Shown piece by piece: positions 1 through 10,427 of a DNA stretch of 64,000 nt. The DNA is taken from contig CAIPTA010000144.1 in NCBI GenBank assembly GCA_903867855.1, forward strand, positions 10,284 through 74,283, in the 5' to 3' direction. Position numbers and translations under genes: made by a program. Under the pieces are notes generated by a model. It was not told where the DNA came from, searched no databases, and was given only the letters and a program-made list of their open reading frames with translations. Origin of the DNA: Oligoflexia bacterium. Its GTDB lineage: Bacteria > Bdellovibrionota > UBA1018 > CAIPTA01. Each line of letters starts with the position of its first letter. Position 1 is the stretch's first letter.

Positions 1-96
1 AATAATGAGCGAGAGAATGCCGATACTGTAGTAGCGCCAGTATTTGCGATAGTAGAAAAAGATAACGCGAAAATTTTCACGGAATTTCTGATTCAT
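1..96 (-). CDS. Partial CDS: N-terminal 32 codons of a membrane protein that continues beyond the window start (possibly an ABC-transporter-type N-terminus)
   Basis: ATG at 96-94 on the minus strand. Translation MNQKFRENFRVIFFYYRKYWRYYSIGILSLII stays open to position 1 and has a hydrophobic TM start. It is absent from the ORF track because it is truncated. Confidence 0.35.
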   Translation of the reverse strand, partial: MNQKFRENFRVIFFYYRKYWRYYSIGILSLII

Positions 97-110
97 GGGG
101 ATGGAAAAGA

Positions 111-1022
111 CTAAGCTTCGAAGCCTGGAAATGCAAGGCGGAGAAAGTCTTCCGGTAGCGGAGCTTCAAATTGTTTCCCGAGTATTTCTAGGCGGTATGC
201 GTGCAGCAAAAGTCGGGGTACATCTGGAAATTCCACACCATAGGTAGCGTCGCCCAAAATGGGCAGTTTATTTTCTGAAAGGTGCACTCTGATCTGGTGA
301 GTGCGACCCGTGAGAGGCTTGGCTTCCACTAGGCTGATCTTGCGATTGTGAGAAAAAGTGGAGCTGAGTAGTTGCACTTGAGTTTCGGCGTATTTTCCGC
401 CGCGTTCAATGCTGGCGAAGCGGCGCTTATTTCTGGGATGAGGGCCAATATAACTCTTCACTTCAAAGGATTTTTTAGTGGGAGTACCGAGCACTGCGGC
501 GTAATAGGTCTTTTGCACGTCTCTGCCCTGAAAGGCTTGAGCCACAGCAGCATTCGCCTCTTTGCGTTTCGTGAAGAGGATCACTCCGGAAGTATCGCGG
601 TCGAGGCGATGATGCACGCCGAGGTAAACATCTTTTGCGGTTTTGCCGTCGCGTTTCGCGAGCATGGTTTGGGTGGCAAGTACAAGGTGGTGACGACTCG
701 TGTCGATGGTGGCGTGTGTCGGAATCAGCGGTGGCTTGTTCACCACGATGAGGTCTTCATCTTCAAAAAGGATGGCGGAGAGTGGAAGAGTGAGTTCGTC
801 TGTTTCTTCTTCCTTTTGTTCCCCGATGAAAAAACGAATTTTGTCGCCCGTGCGAATCGCTTTCGCATTTTGCAGGCAGCGCTTGCGATTTAGGTACACT
901 GCGCCAGTTTCAATGAGCTTGCGCGCTTGGGAGCGTGAAACACCTTCGCAGTACATGGGAATCACCTTATCAAGACGCGGGTCGTCTGGAATTTCCCTCA
1001 CTAATATGTCGTACTGCTTCAT
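111..1022 (-). CDS. RluA-family 23S rRNA pseudouridine synthase (RluD/RluC-like)
   Basis: 303 aa. S4-like N-terminal segment (SRSQARKLIETGAVYLNRKR) and catalytic motif HRLDRDTSGVILF. Confidence 0.85.
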   Translation of the reverse strand: MKQYDILVREIPDDPRLDKVIPMYCEGVSRSQARKLIETGAVYLNRKRCLQNAKAIRTGDKIRFFIGEQKEEETDELTLPLSAILFEDEDLIVVNKPPLIPTHATIDTSRHHLVLATQTMLAKRDGKTAKDVYLGVHHRLDRDTSGVILFTKRKEANAAVAQAFQGRDVQKTYYAAVLGTPTKKSFEVKSYIGPHPRNKRRFASIERGGKYAETQVQLLSSTFSHNRKISLVEAKPLTGRTHQIRVHLSENKLPILGDATYGVEFPDVPRLLLHAYRLEILGKQFEAPLPEDFLRLAFPGFEA

Positions 1023-1096
1023 AGCGTCTTTATAACTGCTTGAGGAATTTATTCAACGGAATTAAGATGCAGGCACTCGGGGAAGTGGGGAAATAC

Positions 1097-2035
1097 ATGA
1101 CAGCGCCAAAAAGTTTGGAAAGCGTAACTATTCTTGGTTCAGGTCCGGCGGGCTTAACAGCCGCGATCTACGCTGCTCGCGCGGATTTGCAGCCACTCCT
1201 TATTCATGGTGGCCAACCTGGCGGTCAACTCACCACCACCACCGAAGTAGAAAACTTTCCCGGCTTTGCGAATGGCATTATGGGCCCTGAGCTCATGGAG
1301 GCCTGCACGAAACAAGCAGAGCGCTTCGGCACTCGCTTTGTGCAAGCACAAGTAACATCGGTGGACCTCTCCAAGCGCCCTTTCAAAATCACGATGGATG
1401 ATGGCACCAGCTTTGAGACGAAAACTTTGATCGCCGCTACTGGAGCTACTGCCAAGTATCTTGGGATTCCTCGTGAAGCGGAATTGCTGGGGCGCGGAGT
1501 TTCGGCTTGCGCCACTTGCGATGGTTTCTTTTTCCGAAATCAAGATATAGCTGTTGTGGGTGGTGGCGATACAGCCGCTGAAGAGGCTACATTTCTCACT
1601 AAATTTGCAAAATCCGTTACGCTGATTCACCGTCGTCATGAGTTGCGCGCGTCTAAGGCAATGCAATCAAGAGTTTTGAATAACCCAAAAATCAAGCCCA
1701 TGTGGGATTCCGCCGTGGTGGAAATTTTGGGTGATGGTGAAGTGAAGAGCCTAAAAGTGAAAAACCTGAAGACTGGCGTGATTAGCGATCTCGCGGTTAC
1801 TGGCTTATTTGTGGCCATTGGTCACCAACCGAACTCTGGTCTTTTCCAAAAGTATGTTGATACTGATGCAAACGGTTATGTGATCACCACCAAGGGCGTG
1901 CGCACCAAAGTGCCTGGCTTCTTTGCTTGCGGTGATTTGCAAGATCATGAGTACCGCCAGGCGATTACTGCCGCGGGCACGGGCTGCATGGCTGCGCTAG
2001 ACGCAGAACGATTTCTCAATGGACATGAAGAGTAA
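1097..2035 (+). CDS. trxB: Thioredoxin reductase
   Basis: FAD motif GSGPAGLTAAIYAARA, redox-active CATCDG, second dinucleotide motif VVGGGDTAAEEA. Start moved from ORF-track 1040 to ATG 1097, which has a purine-rich GGAAGTGGGG upstream. Confidence 0.9.
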   Translation: MTAPKSLESVTILGSGPAGLTAAIYAARADLQPLLIHGGQPGGQLTTTTEVENFPGFANGIMGPELMEACTKQAERFGTRFVQAQVTSVDLSKRPFKITMDDGTSFETKTLIAATGATAKYLGIPREAELLGRGVSACATCDGFFFRNQDIAVVGGGDTAAEEATFLTKFAKSVTLIHRRHELRASKAMQSRVLNNPKIKPMWDSAVVEILGDGEVKSLKVKNLKTGVISDLAVTGLFVAIGHQPNSGLFQKYVDTDANGYVITTKGVRTKVPGFFACGDLQDHEYRQAITAAGTGCMAALDAERFLNGHEE

Positions 2036-2049
2036 GTAAGGAGACTGCA

Positions 2050-3327
2050 ATGAGTGAGTATATTGGCGATAGTATTTTTTCTTCCAACGAGCTGTATCGC
2101 AGCGTAATGAATCAACTCGATCGAGCCTGCTCGATTGCGGGTCTTGATCCAAACGTGGCAGATCGCTTGAAAAAACCAAAGCGTGCTTTGGTAGTGAGTG
2201 TGCCCGTGCGTATGGACGATGGTTCTATCCACACCTTCGAAGGCTATCGCGTACAACACAATATGACTCTTGGCCCCGGCAAGGGCGGTATTCGTTACCA
2301 CCAAGACGTTACTCTCTCGGAAGTGGCAGCGCTTGCAACGTTGATGACGATGAAATGCTCCCTTGTTGGTCTCCCCCTCGGCGGGGCTAAAGGCGGCGTG
2401 CGCGTAAATCCAAATCTGCTTTCTCGCGCCGAGAAACAAGCACTTACTCGCCGTTATACCACTGAAATTTCCATGATCATTGGTCCGGATAAAGATATCC
2501 CAGCTTCTGATGTGGGCACGGATGGACAAACCATGGCTTGGGTGATGGATACCTTCTCCCAAATCAAAGGCTATGCAATTCCCGGCGTAGTAACTGGTAA
2601 GCCTGTAGATATCGGCGGATCCTTGGGGCGCGAAGAATCTACCGGACGCGGCGTAGTGTTCTGCACCGAAGAAGCCGCAAAAATTTTGAAGATACCGATG
2701 AATCAGCAAACGAAAGTGGCTGTGCAAGGTTTCGGAAAAGTGGGTGCAATTGCAGCTCGTGAAATTCACTCTCTTGGCACCAAAGTGGTAGCCGTGAGCG
2801 ATGTTTCCGGCGGTATCTATAACGAAAAAGGTTTAGACATTCCCGCTTGTATGGAATGGGTGCAAAAAAATGGCGTGCTGAAGGGCTACCCCAATGCACA
2901 AGCTATCACCAATGAGGAATTGCTTGAGCTCAACGTAGAGATCCTACTTCCTTGCGCGATGGAAAACGTGATCACTGGCAAAAATGCAGCGAAAGTAAAA
3001 GCTCGTTTGATCGCTGAAGGCGCAAACGGACCGATCACTCCAGAAGGCCACGAAATCCTCGTGCAAAAAGGCGTGGTAGTGGTGCCAGATATTTTGGCTA
3101 ACGCTGGTGGCGTGATCGTGAGCTACTTCGAGTGGGTACAAGATATCCAAAGTTTCTTCTGGCAAGAAAACGAAGTGAACTCTCGCTTGAAGACGCTTAT
3201 GGTTCAAGCTTTCCATGATGTGCACGGCACCACGGAAAAACTGAAAACTGATATGCGTTCAGCAGCGCTTGCGAGAGCGATGATGAGACTCGAAAAAGCG
3301 ATGCTACTTCGCGGCCTCTTCCCATAA
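2050..3327 (+). CDS. gdhA: Glutamate dehydrogenase (Glu/Leu/Phe/Val dehydrogenase family)
   Basis: 425 aa. Signature LPLGGAKGGV with the catalytic Lys, Rossmann motif GFGKVG, SD TAAGGAG upstream. Confidence 0.9.
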   Translation: MSEYIGDSIFSSNELYRSVMNQLDRACSIAGLDPNVADRLKKPKRALVVSVPVRMDDGSIHTFEGYRVQHNMTLGPGKGGIRYHQDVTLSEVAALATLMTMKCSLVGLPLGGAKGGVRVNPNLLSRAEKQALTRRYTTEISMIIGPDKDIPASDVGTDGQTMAWVMDTFSQIKGYAIPGVVTGKPVDIGGSLGREESTGRGVVFCTEEAAKILKIPMNQQTKVAVQGFGKVGAIAAREIHSLGTKVVAVSDVSGGIYNEKGLDIPACMEWVQKNGVLKGYPNAQAITNEELLELNVEILLPCAMENVITGKNAAKVKARLIAEGANGPITPEGHEILVQKGVVVVPDILANAGGVIVSYFEWVQDIQSFFWQENEVNSRLKTLMVQAFHDVHGTTEKLKTDMRSAALARAMMRLEKAMLLRGLFP

Positions 3328-3402
3328 GAGACATCGCCAATTCTCCAATCTTGAAAATTTTTCGATGTCTCTGCGTTGAAAGACGCAGCTAAATGCTAAC
3401 AA

Positions 3403-3436
3403 TAAAAAAGGCACCCTCTGTGGGTGCCTTTTTTTA
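3403..3436. terminator. Bidirectional rho-independent terminator between convergent gdhA and the 3434-3934 gene
   Basis: Stem GGCACCC (3410-3416) / GGGTGCC (3422-3428), loop TCTGT. An A-run lies 5' (3403-3409) and a T-run 3' (3429-3436). Confidence 0.8.
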
Positions 3437-3934
3437 TTTACAGCCCCAGATGCGGTGTTCGCTTTTGCCATGATCGCGGTAGTGTTTTTCAGGGTTCAGG
3501 CAATAGTTTTTCGGGCTGTTTTGGCAAATATCTGGATAGCGATCCAAATAGCACTGGCCTTCTGAATCGCGTGGAGCGTCGCGGTCTCCGTGATCTCTGT
3601 CTCCACCGTCGTGGTCTCGATAGTCATCATCGGAGCGGTTAGATGGTGATCCTTGGCAGATGGAAGTATCTACAGAATAGTCAAAAGCGGTTCCGTTTGC
3701 GTCTAAATAGAAGCAGCTAGTTGCTCCGTTTGCACCTTGGGCCCAGCCGGTTCGACCACTACAGTAGGAAGGTGGAAGAGAAGATCCATAGGCTGATCCA
3801 TTGCTGTCAGCGTAGAAGCATCTATTTACGCCGTTGGTATCCTGGCTGATCACTACGTTGGCTTGGGCTACTGAAATACCTAGAAGTGACGCCAGGGGAA
3901 TAATGGTTAAAATCGCGCAAATTACCTTCTTCAT
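3434..3934 (-). CDS. Secreted Cys-rich protein of unknown function
   Basis: 166 aa. Signal peptide MKKVICAILTIIPLASLLGISVAQA, 8 Cys in the mature part, two copies of a CFY-x-D-x-NG-(S/T)-A module, and an Asp/His/Arg-rich DRDHGDRD stretch. Confidence 0.6.
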   Translation of the reverse strand: MKKVICAILTIIPLASLLGISVAQANVVISQDTNGVNRCFYADSNGSAYGSSLPPSYCSGRTGWAQGANGATSCFYLDANGTAFDYSVDTSICQGSPSNRSDDDYRDHDGGDRDHGDRDAPRDSEGQCYLDRYPDICQNSPKNYCLNPEKHYRDHGKSEHRIWGCK

Positions 3935-4204
3935 ACAATTGAACTCCTAGTTATTTTTAAAGCCTTTGTTTCGTTCGCTAGGTTTTATCTCGAATTTAAG
4001 GTCGGGGGTATGGAAGTCGATGAAACTGCTTTCTAACTGAAAACAGACGAATGATTTCTTTAATATTTTCAAGCATTTAAGCTGATAGTGGTGGGCGTAT
4101 CAGTGGACGAGTTTGAACTGAATTGAATGTTGACTAAAACAGTACAATAAATTACTCTCAATCCGCAAGAAAGGGGCTCAAACATTAGATGAGCCATTAC
4201 CAAT

Positions 4205-4693
4205 ATGAATCTTTTAAAAGCAAAAATTGTCGCTGTCCTTCCCATTTTATTTGGTGTTCTACTGCTTTCTAGCTGCGACTCTAGCGAACAGACAATAAGA
4301 AATGCTTCAAGCCCAGCGAGCATGCATTTTGAGAGAGTTATTCCAGGGCTGCCATATTGCGCTCATGAGTCGACCACGCGGGTGTTCGGCGCTGATATTT
4401 CTTGTGGTGGCGATGCTGAGCCTGGGCAGGCTTTCGCTAGTTGCTTACATGACGAGACGAGTTGCGACAGTTATGCAAATGGTGAAGATACCATTTTTGC
4501 TTTCGATCTTAATTTTGATCCTGCCGCCACCCTCAAGGGGGACCAAATAGAAACTTATACAGCCGCGTTCGACAACGCGGGCGACGTGAGATTAACCATT
4601 CAAAGTAACTTTTATAATTACGCTCCAATTCCAAATTTTAATATTTATCAAACTCACTCGCTGCAAGTAAAAATGCTGAGTCCCAAAAAATAG
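4205..4693 (+). CDS. Putative lipoprotein, unknown function
   Basis: 162 aa. Lipobox LLLSSC after a hydrophobic N-terminus. No recognisable domain. Confidence 0.55.
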   Translation: MNLLKAKIVAVLPILFGVLLLSSCDSSEQTIRNASSPASMHFERVIPGLPYCAHESTTRVFGADISCGGDAEPGQAFASCLHDETSCDSYANGEDTIFAFDLNFDPAATLKGDQIETYTAAFDNAGDVRLTIQSNFYNYAPIPNFNIYQTHSLQVKMLSPKK

Positions 4694-4712
4694 CGAGACA
4701 CATTTCCCAAAT

Positions 4713-5105
4713 TTATTTTCGCTTTTTAGCCCTCGGCTTCTTGGTCTTTGGGATATTTCCAATCCTTGGATCTTTTTTAAGGATCATTTCGCAAGCTAGG
4801 ATTGCTGCCTCCTCAAAGTCATCAGCGTTCGAAGGTAGCACTTGCCAGCCAGTTGGTCCGCCTTCCGCGAAAAGATAGATCGAGCGCATGCTGGGAAAAT
4901 CTCTCTTCAGGCTTTCATGGTTTTCTTTCGTAGTGGCTAGCCAAACGCCATTGTCTTCGGGGGAACTTTCGCGATCGCGCAGGATAAGAACGATCTTCTC
5001 GCCCACATAAATAGCAGTGCAGCCGAACATCGGCCTGGTATAAGGCTCGGCTGATTCTAAGGCATCAAGCACAAAAGGATATGGCGGAGCCTTTTTAATC
5101 TTCAT
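4713..5105 (-). CDS. TfoX N-terminal-domain-like protein
   Basis: 130 aa. MFGCTAIYVGEKIVLILRD resembles the TfoX_N core (MFGG-x-G-x-Y-x-x-G-K-x-F). Basic C-terminal tail. Confidence 0.4.
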   Translation of the reverse strand: MKIKKAPPYPFVLDALESAEPYTRPMFGCTAIYVGEKIVLILRDRESSPEDNGVWLATTKENHESLKRDFPSMRSIYLFAEGGPTGWQVLPSNADDFEEAAILACEMILKKDPRIGNIPKTKKPRAKKRK

Positions 5106-5131
5106 GATTGCTCACAGCGTTGGCCTACGTA

Positions 5132-6520
5132 TTAAGCAGATTTCTGATTCGATTCTTTGCCGAAAATTAAAATTTTCGTCTCTCGATACACGCGATCAAA
5201 TTCGGATGATTCACCTTTAAGGCGATCCGCAAGGCCACGAAATTCGGAGGAGTTGGCAACGGTCTTTTTGGCAACCATCCCGAGTTGTTCCATCGCGCTC
5301 ACGCTCAAAGAAACACTCTTTTCCTGAGCATTTGTTGCTTCAGAAATATTCTTAATCTTCTCGAGCATGGTACTAATTTGCTCTTGAATGTCTGCATAGT
5401 TCTTTACAGATTGATCGCCAACACTTCTGCCCTTACTGGTTTTCTCTTCTACACTTTTTACAATTTCCGCTACAAATCTGCGGCTATCCCCAATCAGTTT
5501 TTCAATCTGCATGGCTGCACTTCCGCTTGTCTGAGCGAGTTTACCCATTTCAACAGCAACAATGGCAAAGCCTTTGCCTTGCTCACCCGCTCTGGCAGCC
5601 TCGATAGAGGCATTGAAGGAAAGGAGCTCTGTTTTCTGCACGATAGAATTGATCACTTCAGTTTTTGAGCCAATTTCTTCAATGGTTTTTAGAATTTCTT
5701 GCAGATGATTATTGGTTTGCTGAATGCCTTCGAGGCCAATAGAAAGCTCATCCATGATGCTGGCACCAGACTTCGTATTTTCTTGCACTAGATTTGCGAT
5801 ATCAATGCAATTTTTCACATGATTCGAGGTCTCGGAAATCATCACTTGTACTTGATTTAAAGCTGTATCTGTTTGTTGGATCGCGGCAGATTGTTCGCTT
5901 GTGGAGGCGGCAGCTTCTTCGCTCTGCTGCACAAGAATACTAGCAGCCGAATCTAGGCTGGCAATTTTGGATGAAAGTTGGCCCACAACTAAATCTTGCG
6001 CACGCACGAAGCGACCAAAAATTAAGCTTAAGTAAGTGACTGGGAGTGTTTCTACAATCACAAATGCAGCATGAACTAGCACGATGCCGAGAGAGGCTTT
6101 GTAGTTGAAAACACTATCTGGCAAGAAAAAGAAAAATCCCAAGTGGTGCACAGCGATAGTGCCTGCAGCGGCTAAGGGTACGGCTATATTTCCAAAAATA
6201 GTAACCAGCGCTAGCATCACAAAAACATGAAAGTGAAGCTCGATCATTCCACGCCCTAGGTGAATGAGCAGCGCAGAAAAAAACATTAGAGACATGCCGA
6301 TGATAATAGAAAGTAATTTGCGGTTTCCACCCAGTAACCAAAGCATCGCAGGCCCCGCACAAATCACTAGGGATGCCACGGTGGCAAAACTCATCCCTGT
6401 TCTAAATTGCCAAGCCACCGCAGCCATCACGGGTATATGCAAAAATAGGAAACAAATTCCGAATATATTCATTCGGTCAATGTGGCGTTCAGATAGTAGC
6501 AGTTGTTTATCGGTGCTCAT
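5132..6520 (-). CDS. Methyl-accepting chemotaxis protein with polytopic N-terminal membrane module
   Basis: 462 aa. MCP signalling hairpin [33 protein letters not shown]. About 6 predicted TM helices in the first 185 aa or so. No periplasmic domain or clear HAMP. Confidence 0.85.
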   Translation of the reverse strand: MSTDKQLLLSERHIDRMNIFGICFLFLHIPVMAAVAWQFRTGMSFATVASLVICAGPAMLWLLGGNRKLLSIIIGMSLMFFSALLIHLGRGMIELHFHVFVMLALVTIFGNIAVPLAAAGTIAVHHLGFFFFLPDSVFNYKASLGIVLVHAAFVIVETLPVTYLSLIFGRFVRAQDLVVGQLSSKIASLDSAASILVQQSEEAAASTSEQSAAIQQTDTALNQVQVMISETSNHVKNCIDIANLVQENTKSGASIMDELSIGLEGIQQTNNHLQEILKTIEEIGSKTEVINSIVQKTELLSFNASIEAARAGEQGKGFAIVAVEMGKLAQTSGSAAMQIEKLIGDSRRFVAEIVKSVEEKTSKGRSVGDQSVKNYADIQEQISTMLEKIKNISEATNAQEKSVSLSVSAMEQLGMVAKKTVANSSEFRGLADRLKGESSEFDRVYRETKILIFGKESNQKSA

Positions 6521-7191
6521 ATCCCAGCTCCCATGGATATTTGTTTCAGTCGAAATGGATCAGAGGCTTGGCGTGTTCTCTTGCCAATCACGCAACCAAA
6601 AATCGGGTAGGGCTGCATAGTGTGGCCCAAGTCTGTCAGAATATTTCTTCGTAGTTCAGCGAAGGAAATCTTTTGTGTATTTGTTGGACGAAAGGGCGCA
6701 TAGCCGCCTGAATAGAGCAGTGCACCACTTTTATCGATAAAGGCTAAGGATGGAGCTCCTACGAGACCAAATTTTTTCACAAAGAGCTCTTCGTCATTTT
6801 CCAGGTAAAGCTTTATATGCTGCGCACTAAGGAGTTTATCGAAATCGGGCACCGCTAAACGAAACCCTTGTTCCTGTTCTTTCGTGCCCACGAGCACCAC
6901 CACCTGTGCATCGCTGCTGGGAACTCGTTGAAACTCTTCGAGGAGTTGAATGGCTGTTCGCTGTGAGCATCCACAGTCGCTATACAAAATATGATAAGCA
7001 GTGTGTCCACTTTGAGATATTTGTGGGGCCGGGTAGATTTTTGCGAGCTCCGCTAAATTGTTTTTTCCGTCCACACGAATTGCCGCGTAGTGAAAAAGGC
7101 CCAAGTACGCGCTAGCACCCAGCAATAGTAGGCACCAAGTGCCAACTAGAAAATAAGCCATTTTTTGTTTTGGAGTCGAAAGGCGCACCAT
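6517..7191 (-). CDS. Membrane-anchored thioredoxin-fold-like protein (hypothetical)
   Basis: 224 aa. N-terminal TM helix, CGC motif (YSDCGCSQ), thioredoxin-like beta-alpha pattern. Its stop overlaps the MCP start in an ATGA. Confidence 0.5.
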   Translation of the reverse strand: MVRLSTPKQKMAYFLVGTWCLLLLGASAYLGLFHYAAIRVDGKNNLAELAKIYPAPQISQSGHTAYHILYSDCGCSQRTAIQLLEEFQRVPSSDAQVVVLVGTKEQEQGFRLAVPDFDKLLSAQHIKLYLENDEELFVKKFGLVGAPSLAFIDKSGALLYSGGYAPFRPTNTQKISFAELRRNILTDLGHTMQPYPIFGCVIGKRTRQASDPFRLKQISMGAGI

Positions 7192-7257
7192 CTTGTATCG
7201 GTTTGGCCTGTGTTTTTCTAAACGAGAAATCTTCCCTTTAGGCGGGAACTACAATGC

Positions 7258-9075
7258 TTATTCTAGGTACATTGCTTCGAGTTCAGATTTAAATTTCTGA
7301 CTCAAAAATTTTCTCTTCACCTTGAGGGAAGGAGTGAGCTCACCGCTTTCCACGGTGAATTCTTTTGGCATGATATGCACCTTTTTAATCGATTCATATT
7401 TCGCGAGCTGAGCATTTAACTGCGCCATCGTATCATCTACGAGTTTAATGATCTCAGGCCGCTTAATCAGCTCAGAGTATTCACTAGATAAAATTTTATT
7501 ATTTTTTGCAAACTGCATCACTGCTTCTTGATTCAAGGTTACTAGAGCCACAGCATAGGGCTTCTGATCGCCATACACCACGAGCTGGTTGAGCAGGGAA
7601 AAGCTCTTAGAAAGATTTTCGATTTTTTGGGGCGCAATGTATTTTCCACCAGCGGTTTTGATTAAATCTTTTTTGCGATCAGTGATGCGGAGATAGCCAT
7701 CGCTATCGATATTTCCGATATCACCCGTATAGAACCAGCCATTCTGAATTGCTTCTGCGGTTGCTTCTGGATTCTTGTAGTAGCCCTTGAAATTCTTCTC
7801 ACTCTTAATAAGAATTTCGCCATCGTCTGCAATGCGAATCAGAACTTCGGGAAATACTTTTCCTACGGTGCCGAATTTATTTGCATGAGGAATATTCACA
7901 CTCACAGGGGCGCAGGTTTCAGTGAGTCCGTAGCCTTCGAAAACGGGCACACCAACGATATGCATGAACTCTTGAATATTGCTGGCAAGCGGGGCAGAGC
8001 CGCTCACGGCGAACTTAATTCTTCCACCAAAGCGATCTGAGATTTTACTAAACACCAGCTTTTTGGCGAGGGTATATTCCGCAATGGTCTTTATCGAAGG
8101 GGTTTTACCCACGTTCACTGCGGTGAGATATTCACGCCCCACTTCCATGGCCCAGTTGAAAAGCCCTCTTTTTACAGAGGAACCCTCTGCTACTGTGCTC
8201 ATAATTTTGGTGTAAACCTTTTCGTAAATTCGCGGCACAGATACCCAGAGAGTTGGGCGCACTTCAGTGAGATTGCCCACAAGTGCTTCAATAGATTCAG
8301 CGAAGGCTTGCGTCCAACCGAAGTAATAGCAAGTCATGCTCTCCCATTTTCCGAATATATGACTCATCGGCAGGAAGGATAGCAACACTTCATCGTGACC
8401 TATATCGGCTTGAAAAAGAGCCTTGTGCACATCATCCATCACCGACGACATGCAAGAATGAGTGAGAATCACGCCTTTTGGTAATCCCGTGGTTCCGGAT
8501 GTATAACAGATCGTGAAAATATCGGTTGGCTTGGCTTCTTCTAAATTTTTATCGAAGGCGCCATCAAATTTTCCCTCGGATTCTAAGCCGAGATCATAGA
8601 GTTTTTGCCAGGAAATCACATTTAGTCCGGCAGGCATTTCCTCTGGCTTCACATCAAAGGAAACAATAATTGTTTTTAGCTTCGGACACTCTTTGCTGAT
8701 ACCCGCAACTTTTTGTAGATTCTTAAATTCATCAATAAAGAGCACACCGATTTCAGAATGATTTAAAATATATTTTACGTCTTCAGGCGTATTGGTTGGA
8801 TAAATTGGCACGGTGATCGCCGCGCAGCCAAGAATGGCGAAATCGAATTGTCCCCAATGCAGAGAGGTTTGCGCAAGAATAGAAACCTTTTCCGCTTTGG
8901 TGACGCCGAGGCGCATGAGTCCAGCCGCGAGATGGCGGATCGTTTCGTACTGCGCACCGAAAGTGACATCCTTCCACTCTCCGTCTTTTTTATAGCGGAA
9001 TCCCACTTTATCGGGATCTGCTTTAACGCGACGTAGGAAGGCTTCACTAATTGTTTTTGAAGAAGAAATGTCCAT
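7258..9075 (-). CDS. Long-chain fatty-acid-CoA ligase (AMP-dependent synthetase)
   Basis: 605 aa. AMP-binding signature YTSGTTGLPKGV and C-terminal GWFYTGDIG ... DRKKDLIKTAGGKYIAP. Confidence 0.85.
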   Translation of the reverse strand: MDISSSKTISEAFLRRVKADPDKVGFRYKKDGEWKDVTFGAQYETIRHLAAGLMRLGVTKAEKVSILAQTSLHWGQFDFAILGCAAITVPIYPTNTPEDVKYILNHSEIGVLFIDEFKNLQKVAGISKECPKLKTIIVSFDVKPEEMPAGLNVISWQKLYDLGLESEGKFDGAFDKNLEEAKPTDIFTICYTSGTTGLPKGVILTHSCMSSVMDDVHKALFQADIGHDEVLLSFLPMSHIFGKWESMTCYYFGWTQAFAESIEALVGNLTEVRPTLWVSVPRIYEKVYTKIMSTVAEGSSVKRGLFNWAMEVGREYLTAVNVGKTPSIKTIAEYTLAKKLVFSKISDRFGGRIKFAVSGSAPLASNIQEFMHIVGVPVFEGYGLTETCAPVSVNIPHANKFGTVGKVFPEVLIRIADDGEILIKSEKNFKGYYKNPEATAEAIQNGWFYTGDIGNIDSDGYLRITDRKKDLIKTAGGKYIAPQKIENLSKSFSLLNQLVVYGDQKPYAVALVTLNQEAVMQFAKNNKILSSEYSELIKRPEIIKLVDDTMAQLNAQLAKYESIKKVHIMPKEFTVESGELTPSLKVKRKFLSQKFKSELEAMYLE

Positions 9076-9090
9076 GGGAAAAATTCTAAC

Positions 9091-9576
9091 TTACTCTCTC
9101 ACTTTTAAGGAGCGTTTCTTGAGCTGGGCTAGCTCTTTTTTCACGTCTTTTTCTTTAATGCTTGCACGCTTATCATGAAGTTTTTTCCCGCGGCCAATGC
9201 CAAGCTCAACTTTCACGCGGCCCTTCACAAAATACATTTGCGTGGGCACGATGGTGAACCCTTTTTCGTTTACGGCAGCGGCCAATTGCTCGATCTGGTG
9301 CTTATGTAGCAGAAGCTTCCGCACTCTAGTGGGCACATGGTTTTCACGATTACCGTGTGTATACTCGCTGATGTGTAAATGAGAAAGATAGGCCTCGCCG
9401 CCCTTCACGAAGGCGAAAGAATCGGCCATTTGTGCCTTACCACTACGTAGGGATTTTACTTCCGTGCCAGTGAGCACGAGCCCGGCTTCCACAATTTCTT
9501 TGATCTCAAAGCGGTGACGCGCATCGCGATTCTGCGCGATGATTTTATTGCCGGCGTTTGCGTCTTTTTTGCTCAT
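9091..9576 (-). CDS. smpB: SsrA-binding protein SmpB
   Basis: 161 aa. Family-typical IAQNRDARHRFEI, LTGTEVKSLR, KLLLHK and a basic C-terminal tail. Confidence 0.9.
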   Translation of the reverse strand: MSKKDANAGNKIIAQNRDARHRFEIKEIVEAGLVLTGTEVKSLRSGKAQMADSFAFVKGGEAYLSHLHISEYTHGNRENHVPTRVRKLLLHKHQIEQLAAAVNEKGFTIVPTQMYFVKGRVKVELGIGRGKKLHDKRASIKEKDVKKELAQLKKRSLKVRE

Positions 9577-10427
9577 TGTAGTTCGGCGAAGATGGCGCCA
9601 AATTCCTCGATGCTTAGGGTTTCAGCTCTGCGCTGTCCATCGATTTTGGCCCTTGCAAGGATCTCTTGCAATACTTTTTTCTCCGCAAACTTGCCCCATT
9701 CGGTGCGCCCGAGCTCCATGGATAAGCTATTCTCTAGAGTTTTGCGACGATGGGAGAAGCATACGCGCACAAGCTGATGAAAACGCAAAAAGTGCTCTCT
9801 ATCTTTGAACGGTAGCACTGGCTTTTCTCGGCGCTCAAAAACAAGCACGGCGGATTCTACTTTCGGCGATGGGCGGAACGCGGTTGGCTTCAAGGTCTGC
9901 TGCATGCTCACGTTGTAGAAGTTTTGCGCGGCTACGCTGATATTGCCATAGGCTTTGGAATTGGGGCGGGCGGCAATTCGTTGGCCCACTTCCTTTTGAA
10001 ACATGAGCACCATTTTGGAGATACGATCTTGGCGTTCCAAGAGACGAAACAAAATTTCAGTGGCCACATTATAAGGAAGATTAGCGCAGACCACGAGCTG
10101 TGTATTGGCTGCAACACCGGTTTCTGTCCACAATTTTTCCCAGTCAAAATCGAGAGCATCGGTGTGGAACACAAACACTTCCTCTTGGCCTTGAATCCGA
10201 ATCGTTTCGCCGATCTCTTTGGCGAACACATCATCTTTTTCTAGCACGCAATATTTTGCTGCTTTCTTTGCGAGACCTAAGCTCAGGGCGCCACGTCCTG
10301 GGCCGATCTCGAGCAATAGAGGAATTTCTGAGGGCACGGCATCCACAATTTTTTGAATCGCTACTTTGTCCACCAGGAAATTTTGCCCGAGGGATTTTTT
10401 CGCGAATTTTGGTTTTTCTTCTCTCAT
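9573..10427 (-). CDS. rsmA: 16S rRNA (adenine1518/1519-N6)-dimethyltransferase
   Basis: 284 aa. KSLGQNFL, SAM motif LEIGPGRGALS, ANLPYNVATEILF. Confidence 0.9.
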   Translation of the reverse strand: MREEKPKFAKKSLGQNFLVDKVAIQKIVDAVPSEIPLLLEIGPGRGALSLGLAKKAAKYCVLEKDDVFAKEIGETIRIQGQEEVFVFHTDALDFDWEKLWTETGVAANTQLVVCANLPYNVATEILFRLLERQDRISKMVLMFQKEVGQRIAARPNSKAYGNISVAAQNFYNVSMQQTLKPTAFRPSPKVESAVLVFERREKPVLPFKDREHFLRFHQLVRVCFSHRRKTLENSLSMELGRTEWGKFAEKKVLQEILARAKIDGQRRAETLSIEEFGAIFAELQ

